Assembly: GCA_965285935.1 (NCBI GenBank)
Contig: OZ260666.1
Span: forward strand, 35,340,001 to 35,404,000
DNA from: Ophelia neglecta
Lineage: Eukaryota
Direction: 5' to 3'
DNA: 64,000 bases
Made by a program: the position numbers and the translations under genes. Below, piece by piece: positions 38,001 to 52,200 of this stretch. Position 1 is the stretch's first letter, and the number at the start of each line of letters is the position of its first letter. The notes under the pieces are model-generated. The model made no database searches. It was not told the DNA's origin and saw only the letters and a program-made list of their open reading frames with translations.

Positions 38001-40381
38001 CTCTGGTCGTTTAGCCCAGTGTTTACATATTTCCAAACATTTTTATGTTGTCCGGTATATTTTGACATTTTAGTCACTTTTTTTCTTGCTTCGTTTGCAA
38101 CAAAAGGTAGCCAGCCTTCGTGAAGTTTATAGTTTATATGTACTTCGCTAACGACACCTCATGTTTATTCTAGGAGCTCCACCAAAGCAGCACCTCATCA
38201 ATTCATCAGTTTTTAATGTGTAACGATCCTCATCCTCTGCTTATAGAACAATTTATGTGGCGGAGAACGCGGAATTAAAAATATGGGCATTAATTCACAC
38301 ACCGTGTCATCAACCTATTTCATAACTCTCTGATGTTTAATTGATACACCGGAAGTTGGGGTCACACTTTGCTATCTATTTGTCGAACCTGGATGTCGGC
38401 TTGCCGGATCTCCTTCGTACGCCAGTGACACCGCGGCTACGGCGGAAGTTACAAATAAAACGAAATGTAATCATAAAAAAATCGACACTGCTTTAGGACA
38501 ATCTTTCTCCCGCATCGGAACCAAAAGAATAATAACCATCTCGGAAGAATCATAATATCCCCGTAAACACATTTATTACACACTACCAGATTTAAGAGAC
38601 TGTCATTCTTCCCTAAGCTTATAATATTAGCATCTCCAAGCATTACTAACATGCCCCAATGTTGAGAGATGAACGGGGACAATTATTATCGACAAATATA
38701 GCATTATTTGGCGAATATTTGTTGATGCTTGGTCGTTCGGAGACGTAAGTTCTGATGGTTAAATCATTAAGTCCGATATGTACATATGTGTTACATATGT
38801 GTGTTTTAGTACATAATGGTTCTGCTGGTGTGATTGTGATTCCCAAGCATTTTTATAGGCAAGGATTTCAGCTATCAGCTTGCGGGTAGGTCAGGGAAAG
38901 TTACACAACAATATCATATATCATATATGCACATAATTGCCTCGGGAATTTATACAACTAAGTGCGACTAGGAGCGTTATATATAAGTGCACTGAAATCA
39001 AAGCGAAACAAAAATAAAACAACAACAAAATTGGCGTTATTAAACTATTGTTTTTTAAACGAGGGAGAGTTATAGTGTCTGTGGACTTATTGGAAAAGCC
39101 AAGCAGCGACAAACGAATTGTCACAGCGTCAACAATTGGATTATATCACTCAAGCGTTGACAACTTACTCCTAATTGTCTTTCAACTTTAATGTTTAGAA
39201 TATTGACCCGTTTGAAGGTTAATGGGCTCGTTAAGGGTACTGTGGGAGCATCTAATCTTAAGCCCACAGGTGATCACGAGTACCTTGTTTGTTTTTAGTC
39301 GGCAGGATTCATTAAAGTTTAAAAAACAATTTGTGACTGGCGTCCAAGTGCCACATGCCACATTCTGATTCTCACGACTTCATCATTGGCGCGAAGTTTG
39401 ATAGTGTATTAGCTCGAGGTTTGAGGTCGTGGGTTAGTAAAGTACCTAACGCTTAATATTTTTGCTTCTCCGGTGAAATTGGACGCTCAATTATTGGGTG
39501 TGGCTCTCAAATCCTCCCTTATTACACAAGTAAAGGTAGGGTAATTATATGTGACAACACTGCCTTGGGCAGAATCTCAGAGCGTAGCGTACTTTGTATA
39601 CGCACTTCAATGACGGATATGCTTGCCTAAAGTAAACTCAGTTTTAGAATGAATAGAACTCATTTTTGTAGATTGGAATAAGATAAATTATTCATAAGCT
39701 CATGAAAATACTAGTCATTCGATATAGTTATTGGTAATTTGGTAATAGCTAAGGATGTGTTGATGGTGCGACAATTCACCATTACAGCTATAAAGGACTA
39801 GCCAGGTTCAGCAGACGACCGAGGGAAGTGTACACACGTGTCATCAACCTGAATGGAAACCCCCATGTATATTTAAACAATAAATTAATTCAGCATTCCT
39901 ACCGGCTCCTATTAAGTTCCTAACGGTCTTGCAGAGAACGTTTAGGTTTTCAATAGTATTCAGGGCGTTGGCACTATTGCAGAGGTCACGGAATTCCACA
40001 CTTGCTCCAAATTCACACAGCTGAAACAAAATAAAATTGCACTGAGTGAGAGACACCAAAAACGTCGATATTGATAATATTTTGTTTACCAACCATACGT
40101 ACTGAATACACACGAGGCAATATACAATAATTGTATAGAATAATGTTTGTTCATTATATTTACGTTATTAATATTAACATTAATTTTAAATGTTCTCAAT
40201 TCCTTCTACTCTGGTAGTTTCTAGTGTATACGCTGCGGGCCATAAAATGTTTGAACTGAATTGATTTGAAAAGATTTTTGTGTATTTTATTGGGTAGAAT
40301 TATTCTATTGGTTTAAGTAAAAGGAAATTAACCTACAGCTATCAACAGGCTTAACCCAAGCCATCGGAGAGATGACGTCAT
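33714..40381 (-). CDS. FMRFa: FMRFamide neuropeptide prepropeptide, 3 coding exons, 488 aa
   Basis: Exons are 40381-40337 ([15 protein letters not shown], donor GCT|gtaggt, phase 0), 40020-39903 ([14 protein letters not shown]...[11 protein letters not shown], phase 1) and 35017-33714. The protein has a signal peptide and then a two-Cys pro-region. It carries 10 FMRFG, 7 [37 protein letters not shown] and GGNYIRFG, flanked by KR/KK/R sites and acidic spacers. AATAAA at 33414-33409. Confidence 0.96.
35210..36125 (-). mobile_element. Decayed CR1/L2-like LINE fragment (reverse transcriptase remnant plus 3' tail)
   Basis: The translation [16 protein letters not shown]...[14 protein letters not shown]...FILFADHS matches non-LTR RT motifs (KL..YGIRG, [GVPQG]SILGPLLF..YINDI, LFADD), with the PQG motif deleted and the second catalytic Asp mutated. 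An AT-rich tail lies near 35210-35330. Confidence 0.75.
35597..35808 (+). mobile_element. tRNA-derived SINE with 12-bp target-site duplication
   Basis: Pol III A-box TGGTCCAGTGG (35610-35620) and B-box GAGTTCGAACC (35652-35662). 3' tail ...GGGACGTTAAAACCC. TSD TATATTCAAAAG at 35585-35596 and 35809-35820. Confidence 0.85.
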
Positions 40382-43300
40382 CCTGACTACCCGCAAAGCT
40401 GAAAAGAAGAAAATATTAAGTGATACGCAATGTAATTGTTTCATGATAATAATAGGACGGGGTGAGCACCCACATAAGGCATCAAGTAAGCTGTAAATAA
40501 CGCCATCAGATTTCTAGTTTCCATTCATTACCAATCTTGTGATACCAAATAAATGGAAATCATATCTGTCACATCAGTGAGCTTTGATTAGCTCTTTATT
40601 GGTGATTGCGGCAACCGAGCAAAATTTACTTTCACAACCGTCTTTGTACATAGGTCCAAACAAAAGCAGGTGAGAATTTCCTCACACCGACTTGGGCGAA
40701 TGCATATTAGCACGTGGCTTGTGATAAACGATCATGTGACAATATCCGGACAAATTATACCTTCCGGATTTCCCACCGTACGAGTTATGTTGCCAGGCTT
40801 TAGACTGAGCCTTCAAAGGCCTGCCTGTAAATCATGAACAAAGGAAAATGGTGATAAATTGACACTAACTGGGTTAACAAGCTAGTTGATAACCAGATCA
40901 GAAGTTTCTTTTGAAACCCAAAGGCATATGTGGCATTTTCGTTTGTTTGTACCGAAATAATACGACAGTCATGGCCTCAAATATATCGTTTAAGTCGTTT
41001 TACTTTGTTCAGTGAATCCTGAGACCAATAATTGGTGTTGAGATGCTCAGCCGCGGACTACTCAAAGCACTGTTTTGTCTTTTAAAGTAATGTTCTGTTC
41101 TTATCAAGAATCCGCTAAGATTTAATCATGATCTACTATTGCGCCATCTTGACACGCCAAAGAGAAATTTTGTTCACGGAGTCACAACTTAAACATATCT
41201 ATATATCTTCATCAATGCCGAAACACATTACGAATGGGATCCAATTGCTTCGAAAAGGTAAAAGAGCTTGGGTTGAGTAGTGATTGTTAGGATGAAATTA
41301 GCGTGGTTAGATAGTAAAGTCTGGAAACTTAAATCTTGGCCTCATTCTGTTCCTCACCCCTGATGTAACATTTCATCTAAATTGTTAAAGTCTCACCAAT
41401 CGGGGTTTCAGTATCATAAGGCGACCACAATGTTTTGCCTGCGATCAAAGCATATGACATAGTTATAAAGCGTTTTTTTCGGTGGATGATTGATGCTAGA
41501 TGACAGCTCTCAAATAACGCCTTGTCAGTTCGTAAATGGACATACTGAGAGCTGCGGCTTCCTTTCTTCACTCAAATTATTGTGGACATCCTCTAAAGAG
41601 ATGGGATGGGACTAGTTTCTTCAAGACGAGGGTGGTGGGAGGGGGGTGGGGGTAGGGTGGGGGGTGTCAATCCCCAGACCCCCTCTGGGAGGAGCTCCCC
41701 TGCTACATCCTTACCACGATGGCACATACGCCCTTCACGACATCCCCTCTACTGTCAGTGAATAACGTAGCATACACGCATGCAGATTATTTGTTCAACG
41801 CACATTGGGCAGCAGCAGAGATTGACAAATGAAATTTATGATGTTCTTGGCGTAACATCCAAGACTACACCGCATGACGTATTGTTATAACTGCTGATCT
41901 GACATATGTCAAAAGAACACGTTGTTTAATTATACTAAATAAATTGCCAGTAACAGGATGAACTGGATTAAACGTTGAGCAACAGTAAATCCGCTGCATG
42001 TCAATGAAAGATCGGGTCGTGGCATGATGGCAATTTGTACAGTTCCCATGGGAGAGTAAGTGGTGTACATGTGTACAGAAAGGTTCTTGTCTTCAGCTGA
42101 AAACAACCAGACGAAATACTAAAATGCCTTGTACACAAAGGACTGAAAATTAATAAAAAAAATCGTGTCATTTATTTTAGGACTTGAGTTGTTATGATAA
42201 GCCGTTAATGCAGTGTATCACCTGTTAATAGGCACTGAAAAGCGTAATGGAGCCATTTTAATATTTTCTAGGAGGGCAGTTAAACAGCACTTGAGCTTCC
42301 ATCTAAATAAGCGCATACACGTACATTAAACATGTCGACAACAGAACACGTGCTCAGTGTGTCACCTGCAGCTTGGTACTGTCATGTTTGGACCCAAGGG
42401 TAAAGCTTGGATCTAGGACTCCTCAGATAATGTTGCCCAATGCTCAAATTTGGCGCCTGACAACTCCCGGAGGAAAGACAGGTCTGTCATCATTCAGGAA
42501 CCGTTAGCTTAAGCCACTTTCCCCGAGGTAAGGAATCTCACACACCTGTCCGAGGTGAGAGACTATGGAGTAATTAGCAGCAAAACAAGCCGTCGTTCCA
42601 TGCATAGATGGTGCAAATATAAGTCACATTTTTCGCACAACCCGTTATTAGTACGGAACACCATACGGCTTAAATTAGCAGAAAATAATTTAAGAAGGGA
42701 TGAGCTGCATTGGAATCCATTTGTTACTGAAGATTCTTATTAATGGTGATCACACCCTGTCAGCCGGGATGACATATAACTTTTCAGAATGACTCGGGAG
42801 GCAGACAATTATGCTTTACCCATACTTGACCGAGCAAATAGCATGACATATTACTCAGTTTGTCTTTCTATTCGGTCAAGAAGAATAGTCACAGCTGCTA
42901 GTAGTGTGCACACCATTCCGGTCAAATTACTAGTTAAACCAAATTAAAGCTTGTCATCACAATATTTGAATTTCGTTTAAGTCTCACATCATCCCTGACT
43001 CATAAACAAGCGACTGCTGGCGACATAGGGCCAAATCCATTTTTCAACACTAAAATGCGACAAATCCCCAGAAGACACTTCCGGTTCCTTGCCAAAGACA
43101 AACTTGCAATGCATATCGCAATTTATCTTTCGGGCTTACCTTAAAAATGAACTAGAACAATCATTTCTCGTGGACAAACCCTCAGTAAGTTATTTTCATT
43201 TGTTTATGACGGAAAATTTGAAAACGGGCTAAGGCTTATAGTTTTCAAGCACGTGTCAAACACTAAATCATTTTCTGTGCATCGAATTCTTCACAAAGGA

Positions 43301-45781
43301 ACCTTAACACACAGGAACTTAAATAAAGTTGCCAAGAAATGTAAAATGTTAAGCAAGAGATTTTAAACAGGTGTCAACACTTTCTCTTTGGGATTATAAG
43401 TTTTTTTCCCTCCCGGCAAGAACAGTTGGACGATCCAGGTAGTGATCTCGTAACTTGGAATAGTTTGGAAATTTGACCAAAGCCAGCGAGTACATTGGGC
43501 TCTATTTGCCTTAAATTATATGCCCTTTATGGACACTGCTACCTTTTCCATCATCAGGGGGTGTAATAAATATAGCCCTGTATTTGATAATACAAGCCAG
43601 CATTGGTCCCCGATGTCCCCCTCTTCCCCTACTAAAGAAGGCACACGCTACTAAGTACCTGCTGTTATATGAAAAAAAACTATGAAGGACTTTCCCTTCT
43701 GTTTAAATTTTATGTAAATGTGTCCCTTTCTCATATCGCACCAAAACCTTGGCACGAAACTGTACTGCCGAAAAATTACGGTTGGCCATTAGGAGAGAAG
43801 ATATGCTACCAAATGCCATCTTAGTTGACAGTTCCATATCAATCAGTCTTCGTTAGCTATAAGCAGCTGTTCCAGTAGAACCGGATTCCATCCTCACCGC
43901 CGGGTGTACTTAAACCATAGCATAACGGATGAAAGGCAGAGAATCTGTATTCGCACTAAGGCCCTATATGTTGAAGATATATAAACAAACACAACCATTT
44001 TACACTAAGTATTGTTCTTGAGACTGTGTCCAGGCCGAAAACCCTTTAAAATCAATACGAATATTAATACCTTGATAATAAATGTATACTAAACAAACTG
44101 CTTTCAACATAATATGCCGTAGCCTTGGAAGTGTATAATAGCAGGAAAAAAGAATAACAAATGGTTTTAAAATTTGTCTGAATGAATGTTCTTAATTTAA
44201 ATCATTTGTTATGGAAATAACTTTTCTACGGATGTTTATTGTTGACAGAAAAATCGTTTAATTTTGGAAAATCTCAGGTTGATTTATTGTTTCGAGACAA
44301 GTTGATTGCACACCACATCATAGCACGAATAGACGATTCACATTTTGTACAATTTGGTTCCTCTCGTCAATAATCTCAAGACAGTTTTCCACTCTTGTAT
44401 CAAATAACAAAAGGGAAGTGAAAGTATAGAGAATGTGCTTTATTTGCCTAAAAATCTGCAATAGATAGGCCTATAGATATACACATTGTCACGATGAAAG
44501 CCCCCAGGAGATAACAAAGGTGAGTGCAAGAAAATTGGTAATGTGGTCCCAAAGCTAGCCGAAATGTGCTCAGGTAATACTCAAATCCACCTTGTCAATT
44601 ATTGGTAAGACACGGCATGCGCTCGCTGTGTCTCGAAATCAAGGGATTTGTTAGGCAGATATGGAGAAAAAGTCAAATGGATTGCCATTTCTACCTCAAG
44701 TCAACTCTTTAGTTGCTAAGCTGCCTTTTTAATCAACATAAACCAGTTAAGTCCTGCAGAAGTGGAAACTGTCCAGTCTCTTGTGCATAAACAGGCAATT
44801 ATTTTGTCAGATAGTTCTACTTGGTAAGCGGGTACAAAATAGATGACATGAGAACGCAACTAACTTATTGACTTAACTTATTTAAATGTTTCTGGTAAAA
44901 GAGCCATTTAGTTGCTAAGACAAATCCTTCTAAACAATTGTGAAGTATACAAATAATTGGGAGTGGGTACTACTTACATCATACCCGTACTGAAGTTAGT
45001 ATTTTATGTAGAGGCCATTAATTGATTATTCATATATATACCATGGAATAAGATGATAGAAATGCTATAAATTACCCCAACTATGACCATATTAAAATAT
45101 ATCAAGCTTGCGAACATTCAGATCCTCTATCACCTATTCTGCAACAACTGGACCGAGATAGACAGACAGGCAGCCGGTTTCGAAAACAAAACACGAAAAA
45201 TCAACGTCCGTCAAAGTTATATTGTTAGTCTCTAAGGCAACGCGCTTAGACATTTATAGCCGACCAGTCTCCAGAACTCCATTAGATACAAACAACACGA
45301 AATGGCCGCATACGAATCTTACTTCTCGCAAGTTTGTAATGAAACAAACGGCCATAACAAAAATCAAGAAGAGGGGAAATTATGAACAAATTGTTCCAGG
45401 GCTCAGCCATTATGTAAAACACAGAAAAAGTAACATAGCCAAGATATGTCAATGAATATTCATTGTCTGAATAGCAATACCGAGGAAAAATCATCGCTGC
45501 TTATAAATATGATAAAAACTGAATACTTCTGGGAAAGGTTCAACTTGCATTTAGGCGGAAGGCCGCATCGTTTGACAGGAGGAAGACGCTCAAAATATCA
45601 CTTTATCTTTTCAGAAAGAAACTATTTGTCCATAGCAGTTTATTAACCACTGCCATTGGATTATTTTCTTTCTATTAGGCCCTATATACTCAATAAAATT
45701 CCCGACAAAGCGGCTTAACTGGTAATAGTCATGTGGAAAGTTAGGAATACATTCAAAATAAGACCATCGGAATCAACTTAC

Positions 45782-45955
45782 TGTCGTTAGACACAAAAGG
45801 TCCGAGTTAAGTTCTCCCAGGCGAGCGTCTTTTGTTGTGTGGTGGTAGAGTGTGTAAAAATCAGAAAGAGCGCTGCTCCGAGTATGAGTCCCGGCGTCTT
45901 GGTAGGCCGTCGAACGTGTCCGAATGCTCAATGGAAGCCACACTCAGCCTTTATA
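45782..45955 (-). promoter_or_regulatory. FMRFa: FMRFa core promoter and non-coding exon 1 (TATAAA 45955-45950; predicted TSS ~45925; donor at 45782)
   Basis: TATAAA lies 30 nt upstream of an Inr-like GCATTC. The exon ends ACA|GTAAGT. The next exon (acceptor cttcttttcag|40398) needs an upstream UTR exon. E-box CACGTG at 45996-46001 and CCAAT at 46031-46027 lie just upstream. Confidence 0.7.
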
Positions 45956-47507
45956 CTCTTTGTGCACCTCGGACATCGTCGTCTGCTCTTGGTCGCACGT
46001 GGCGCCATCCACTGAAAGCTGATCCCATTGGCCAGTGAGCTAACAGACTCATGACGAAAGGTATGGGTGACATCAATTTCAGGGTGGTTGTGTGGGAAGC
46101 GTGTAATTTGGCAAGCGTACCATCATCTTAGATTAGTCAATAAGACATCAGAATATTTGTTTAGCGATTCTATTTATAAACATTGCAGTATCCGTCGACA
46201 GTAAACTGTTATGTTTCTGTGTCTTTTGACATTAGAATGGCAGAATAACAAGTTTTACCAAGCCGAAGAATTGGAAAGGCAATCAATATAGGATAAGTAA
46301 CCGGGCTTTTTGAAGGAGCAAATTATTACCTTGGACGGGCCGATAGTAGATATGCTCTCCTAATCATTTCATATAAATGCAGGTAATTCTAAAAACACTT
46401 ATAGTAAAATATATAAAATACGCCTGCATGTTACATGACTTGTTACATTGCTTCTTTGGTCTTGAACTAACCAATTTGTCACACTTATCTCTACCTCCTT
46501 TGCCCGAAGCACATCTTTCGTTGGTGTGTCATTATTTAAACCAGTTGTCCTTAAGGTCAGTAATTGGTAACTGTTCCATTATCCCATATGTGGTGTGGGC
46601 ACATTACCGAGTCAAAGGCTTAAGGACAAACGCTCTCAGACGGTGAAATAATGAATTATTCAACAATTGTCGGTCATTTTGGTTAAAGAAAGGTGTATAC
46701 GAATCACAGAATAGTCTTGTACTAAAAGGCCATCCCGGTTCTCCTTGAGCATAGTCCGTTGAAATCCAATGAATCTGAGCAACGTCTAATCAGGGGGTCA
46801 TGCTGGCGTCCTCCCTACATTCCTTTATGTGCAGTTTGTTGGGTTAGTTATTTTGAAGTATCACACGTACTCGTTTCATTTTTCCCTCATAGGGAATAAA
46901 ATGCTTAAATGCGTTTGAATTACAAGTAAATGTTATATTTTTCACCAAAATCATATATCTTCGTCATAAACTTGAACCCAAAGAATTGTATGATCGTTTC
47001 CTTTTCAACTTGAACTCATGTTACATAAATGTGGTGGACGCAACCATCAGAGATAACCTTTCAGTAACAAAACTGTTACAGCAGAAATATATATAAAAGC
47101 TAGAACTCTCCGGCAAGTTTGAGGGATTCACAACATGCCGCCATAGTCGAAATAAACGAACGTCCCTGGAAAATGTCGAGTTTGGTCAAGAACCATTCGC
47201 AGAAAAGTAAGAAAGCTTCATTCAGGACACAAAACCATTTTCTTAAGCAAGAAAACTATTTCTTTATCATTGCACCTGAATTGTGTACACCACACTTTAA
47301 ATTATGCATATATTCTTTGTGGATCACTTGCAAGAGGGAGCTTGAATATTCTTTTCATTGGATTATAACCAATATATTCAGTCGTGATTATTATCATTCA
47401 ATGAGGGCTTTTATTTTTGCAAATTCGCCTATTCTTATTATCAATTACATATGGGTAAGGTCCCGCCAGGCTGCATAGATATATGATGAGCCACATGATG
47501 AACCACA

Positions 47508-47556
47508 TAGACTGAAATTGAAAGCAGTAGTTCACACTGCTTTCAATTTCAGTCTA
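47508..47556. repeat. Perfect 21-bp inverted repeat with 7-nt loop
   Basis: TAGACTGAAATTGAAAGCAGT-agttcac-ACTGCTTTCAATTTCAGTCTA. Confidence 0.95.
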
Positions 47557-47728
47557 AAATCATGTGGTATATATGTACTGAGGTTATACCCTGTATTCAC
47601 AGTACACTGGTCTTATATGTTAACTTTTTCCTGATTAAACACATTATTCTCACTAATGAATTGTACCTGACGGCCATGCATTTGTTTTCTCAGTACCTAG
47701 CCGAAATGTGCGTTGAAAAGTGCACCTA

Positions 47729-47789
47729 GTCTAGCCAAATCTCTGAAAAGTGTCCACCTTGTCTAGCCAAATCTCTGAAAAGTGTCCAC
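47729..47789. repeat. 29-bp direct duplication (period 32)
   Basis: GTCTAGCCAAATCTCTGAAAAGTGTCCAC at 47729 and 47761. A diverged third copy lies at ~47696. Confidence 0.85.
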
Positions 47790-49051
47790 AACTGGTTGTC
47801 CGTATTGAAAACTTTCGATCAATGTATACTGCGTTGATTTCATTCTTGACACTGATGATATATCGTCCGTTTTTACCAATGTTTTGAAACGGAATAAGAC
47901 ATTTTGGAACATTTTACATAGTCCATGCAGACATTATTTACGCATGTGTCCCCTGTCGACCCACAGTGTCTGGAATGGTGCAGACGAGAAATTTGTACAC
48001 TTCTATACAATATTTCGGGGTAATTTAAAACAATGACTTGTTACACCATCCTTCCTGCAAACAAATAAGTTTCCAAGAAACCGGTAGCTAGAAGGGCACA
48101 AAAAACTTCCGTCACGAGGATTTTAGCGACCTTGGAGACATCGTCCAAGAAAAAAATAAAGGAAAAAGTAGCGTTTATTTTTACACTGAATTAATGTTTG
48201 TGGCTTTGGTAGATTACGGAGACTGTGATGTATATCTGCAGGCATATTGACGACTTTCTAAGTTAGTTTTCAGGTTAGATTTACTTGGGATGCTTTGGTC
48301 TTTTGCTGAGGCCTGTACATGTTCACTTTGTCCTACCCTAGCAGAAATGTGTTCTTCTCTTTTACTAAAGGCATTCAAAAAATAATACTTGAATATTAGC
48401 CGCGAAGAATGACCAACAGTTGACCCCGAGCTGTAAAACTAAGGAGTGTCTGCCTAAAATGTGCATTTCAACAGTAATAATTTCATCATAAGGTCTGCAA
48501 GTGTTCACGACGGAAATATGCCTATATATGTCTACAGTTCATGATATTAAGTGGTTGCACTTTTAAAGAGAAATGCGAAGCATAGACCAGTAATACGAAT
48601 CATAGAACATAAAATTCGAGATCTAAATTACAATTCAACATTTAGAAGCAAACGTGATTTTGTATTCCCTCTTGTGGCTTTCGCCATGATTGTACAGTAT
48701 ACAATAGCATTGAAATATCTAAAGAACTTAAAAATATATACAGGAAAAAATGACATATTAAAATTGCACTCTTTGCCACAGAATGTTATTTAGGGTACAA
48801 GTATATTATAGCAGATCCTACCATGGTCACATCTTTGAACCCAAAAGCAAAAATAAAAATGAATACCTCAAAACATTGTTGCACCATATGGTTAGTGAAT
48901 CGTTACATTTTATGAAAATGCAGCACCGTAGCCATAATCATTTCTTTAATTGGTCACCAGAATTTAAGATATATTTCACACATTTCCCATTTAATCTTTT
49001 AAAACAGGGTTATATAAAACCAGCAGCTTATATAAAACAATCATGTTTTGA

Positions 49052-49222
49052 TTTCTAGCGATGGAATTGCGGAATCACAACTTTGTTTCCTAGCGATGGG
49101 ATCCCGTTATCTCAACTTTGTTTTCTAGCGATGGTATCTCGGTATCTCAACTTTGTTTTCTAGCGATGGTATCTCGGTATCTCAACTTTGTTTTCTAGCG
49201 ATGGGATTCCGGTATCTCAACT
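49052..49222. repeat. 35-bp minisatellite, ~5 copies
   Basis: CTAGCGATGG recurs at 49055, 49090, 49125, 49160 and 49195. Unit ~TTTCTAGCGATGGTATCTCGGTATCTCAACTTTGT. Confidence 0.92.
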
Positions 49223-52200
49223 ACACATGTCTAGCTGGCAAGACTGAATAGATGACCCACTTGCTAATGTGCTCGCTTCCCTGTGGAAATGCCTTTGTGC
49301 TATCCTGACCTTTTCGAATCTCGACAAAGTCAACCTGCTACACTGAGCCATTTTGAACTATCTTATGGTGAAAAACCATAGCGTAGGACTAATAAGTGTG
49401 TCAGCACCAAATGGGGACAAACAAGTGCTGTTTTCTTCCTTAATCAGTATTATATATTGGCCCAGGTTCTCACATATTATACAAGATGTTTATCTTATTT
49501 TCGTCTGCTCCCATGCCAATTTTCTTAGTCATTTTTTATAATGAGGCTTTAAGCAACTTGGCAAATGATAACTGGGTGCGGTTGTTTGACACCTGTGTTT
49601 TCTTTTGTCTTTAAAGCTTTTTCTCGGGGTGGGCTATGGGAGGAGAGTTTTGTGTTATTATTGACTCTAGCAACTGCAGTTCGGGGTGTAACAGTCAGGC
49701 GTTTAATCAGGGATGCTGGGTGTGTGTGTCGTAGGACTGACGCCTGCGGTGCCGATCACTCTCTCGGGGGTGTCTGTGTTCTTTCCTCCTAGACCAGAGT
49801 TCCCTCTCCGGACACACAAGTCTCAGGCCCTCCAGCCTGGCTCATGCCGACAGAATGCCGCGGGCAAGCAGGTGTGGATTAATCTTACCGCTTGGACTTG
49901 TGGACAACACCTTCAGGCCATCCGTCCCAATTTGGTCGTCTCCCTACCTGAATAACTTGACATCAGGTGGCTTGTAGGCCCAGGACTAGAATAGATTATA
50001 GCGGACATGGACGCACGCTATCATGATCTTCAGAAGGACCGACTTTACAAAATACAGCATATATGTGCTAGGTCAATTCACCAGAAGGAACAAATAAAAA
50101 ACTAGTTGCTACATATCTAAGTCGTTGCCCATTAACCTTTAGCCTACTAACCTTTGAAAACTAATGTCACTGCATTAACCTGGATTGGTTAAAATTACTG
50201 TGGACTATTCACCTTCAGAAACCAAGGCGCCAGTTCTGTATAGGTCTGTTAATGGAAACACTGCTTCGCAGTATTTAGAGAGACATATTCACAGATTGAA
50301 GGCACACTTTTACAAAAAATACATTCATATCGTGTGTACTGGTCATAAGTACACTTTACGACATGCAGAGGATGCCATAGACACTGATTTTTATCCAAGT
50401 ATCTAATCAACCACCGAGTAGAATTAATGAACGGAAAACATACATCGACAGTTTATATGACTATACATGTAACTACATTTCTACAGATTTCTACAGAGGT
50501 TAAGTTTTAAAAATTAAATCCGTAATAATTTTGCTTATTGTAAGAAAGCTGGTGATGGATGCTGGCGGGGCGCCTGGTTCTTGATAAATTTGACAGATTA
50601 TAATAATGAAAATTCTTAATGAACGACTTAGTTTTATCTGTCGTATGTCTACTCCCGGCATTAAAGAGGTTGTTAAAAACTCAATCAAATTTAGTTAATA
50701 TTGAATACAGGTCATTGTGGACTTGGATCTATAAATGGCCAATGGCCAGCTTCAACGCTACACACCTGGTAGCTGAAAAAACGGAAATGTGGCTTGATTT
50801 TCATTCAACCCGCCAATGTGAGTATGAAACACAAACCTTTGGCCAACCCGGTTAGAGAGAGATGGAAAGAGAGAGCAATAGTATAGAGTGGACACTTATT
50901 TAAATAAGGTGCAGGCCTTGCTTAGGTACTTTTGCCCGATCAGATGCAACATGCTTTGGACATACATTTGTCCCGCAATTAGGCGTATGCACTTCCGGTC
51001 CGTAGTTATGCCCGAGAATCCACTGCCTTCGTGTCTGCGCCTTTCCGTCAGATTCAGCGAATCGGCACCTGGGAGTTTATCACCCAATCTTCTTGATGAT
51101 ATTATTATGCCACGTTTGACTTTGCTAGAGCCTTAGGATAAAGGCCACCCCCCCCCCCCGCCCAAATCACCAATATTTTATCAGATAACTCAGCGGGCCA
51201 ACTTAGCGCAGTGTTTTGATGATGTATTATTTCCTCTGTTTGTTGTTAAGTAAGCCATTTTAGCTAGCGTCTCGACTTTGACACGGATGTATTCAGAGGC
51301 ATCAGTCACCTGATAGAAAACCATTGACATCTGATTGATTAAGGCAGACAAATCCGTAAGAAAACAAAAGAGAAGTGCTCAGTATTTACCGATTACTGAA
51401 GGATTGACTTTTGACATGGGGGCGGCTCTGTTCTTTGAATAAGGACTGTTAGAAGTGTTCAGTGTGACCAGACTTTCGCCCATGTCACTTTGAAAGCAGC
51501 AACATAATTAGCGTTTTATGATTTGAATAAAGTGACTGCCGCTCCATAGAGATTCACAAAATATCTTAATTAACACAGAAACAGTCTAAATAAGCATCAG
51601 ATTAAACGGAAGTTACAAAAAAAAGACGTAATTTCATTATTTGTGGCATATTTCAGTAACCCACAAGTACTGAACCAGTCTGAGTTTTTAGGGAGCCGAA
51701 TGGCCTCGCTTCAAAGCATACCTGAACAGGTAGAACACTGTATTCTACTTGCGCGAAAAAATATATTGAAGCTAATCACGAGCTCATATCATATGCAAAT
51801 CCTCTACCCAAGTAAAAAGTCTTATTTTCCATAAAATTTAATATAAAATGGGCTAGAAACAACCCAAATTTTTATCGGTGCAAGGGGGTAACGTTAAGTA
51901 TTGCCATATAACATATTATTCAAGTAAAGAAAGACAGACACAATGAGTGTGGGAGGTTAGAACAATATGTTTACACGGCTTTGACCCAGGTGAATGGCCG
52001 GGTTAAAATTCGAAAGTATATATTGCGATTGTTTCCGGCAGCCATGAGATACGGAGGAAATCAACTAGATGCTATCTCCACACTGCCACAATTTGCATTT
52101 TGTAAATCGACTTTTTTGTAGATTAATATTGTCTCATCAATAACATATTGTTATTGGATATTATATAACGCTCAGGGAGGAATATTAAGTTGATAATGAA

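Noticed and set aside
49052-49222. Regularly spaced repeats resembling a CRISPR array
   Set aside because: The units are head-to-tail with no unique spacers, the context is eukaryotic, and there are no cas genes.
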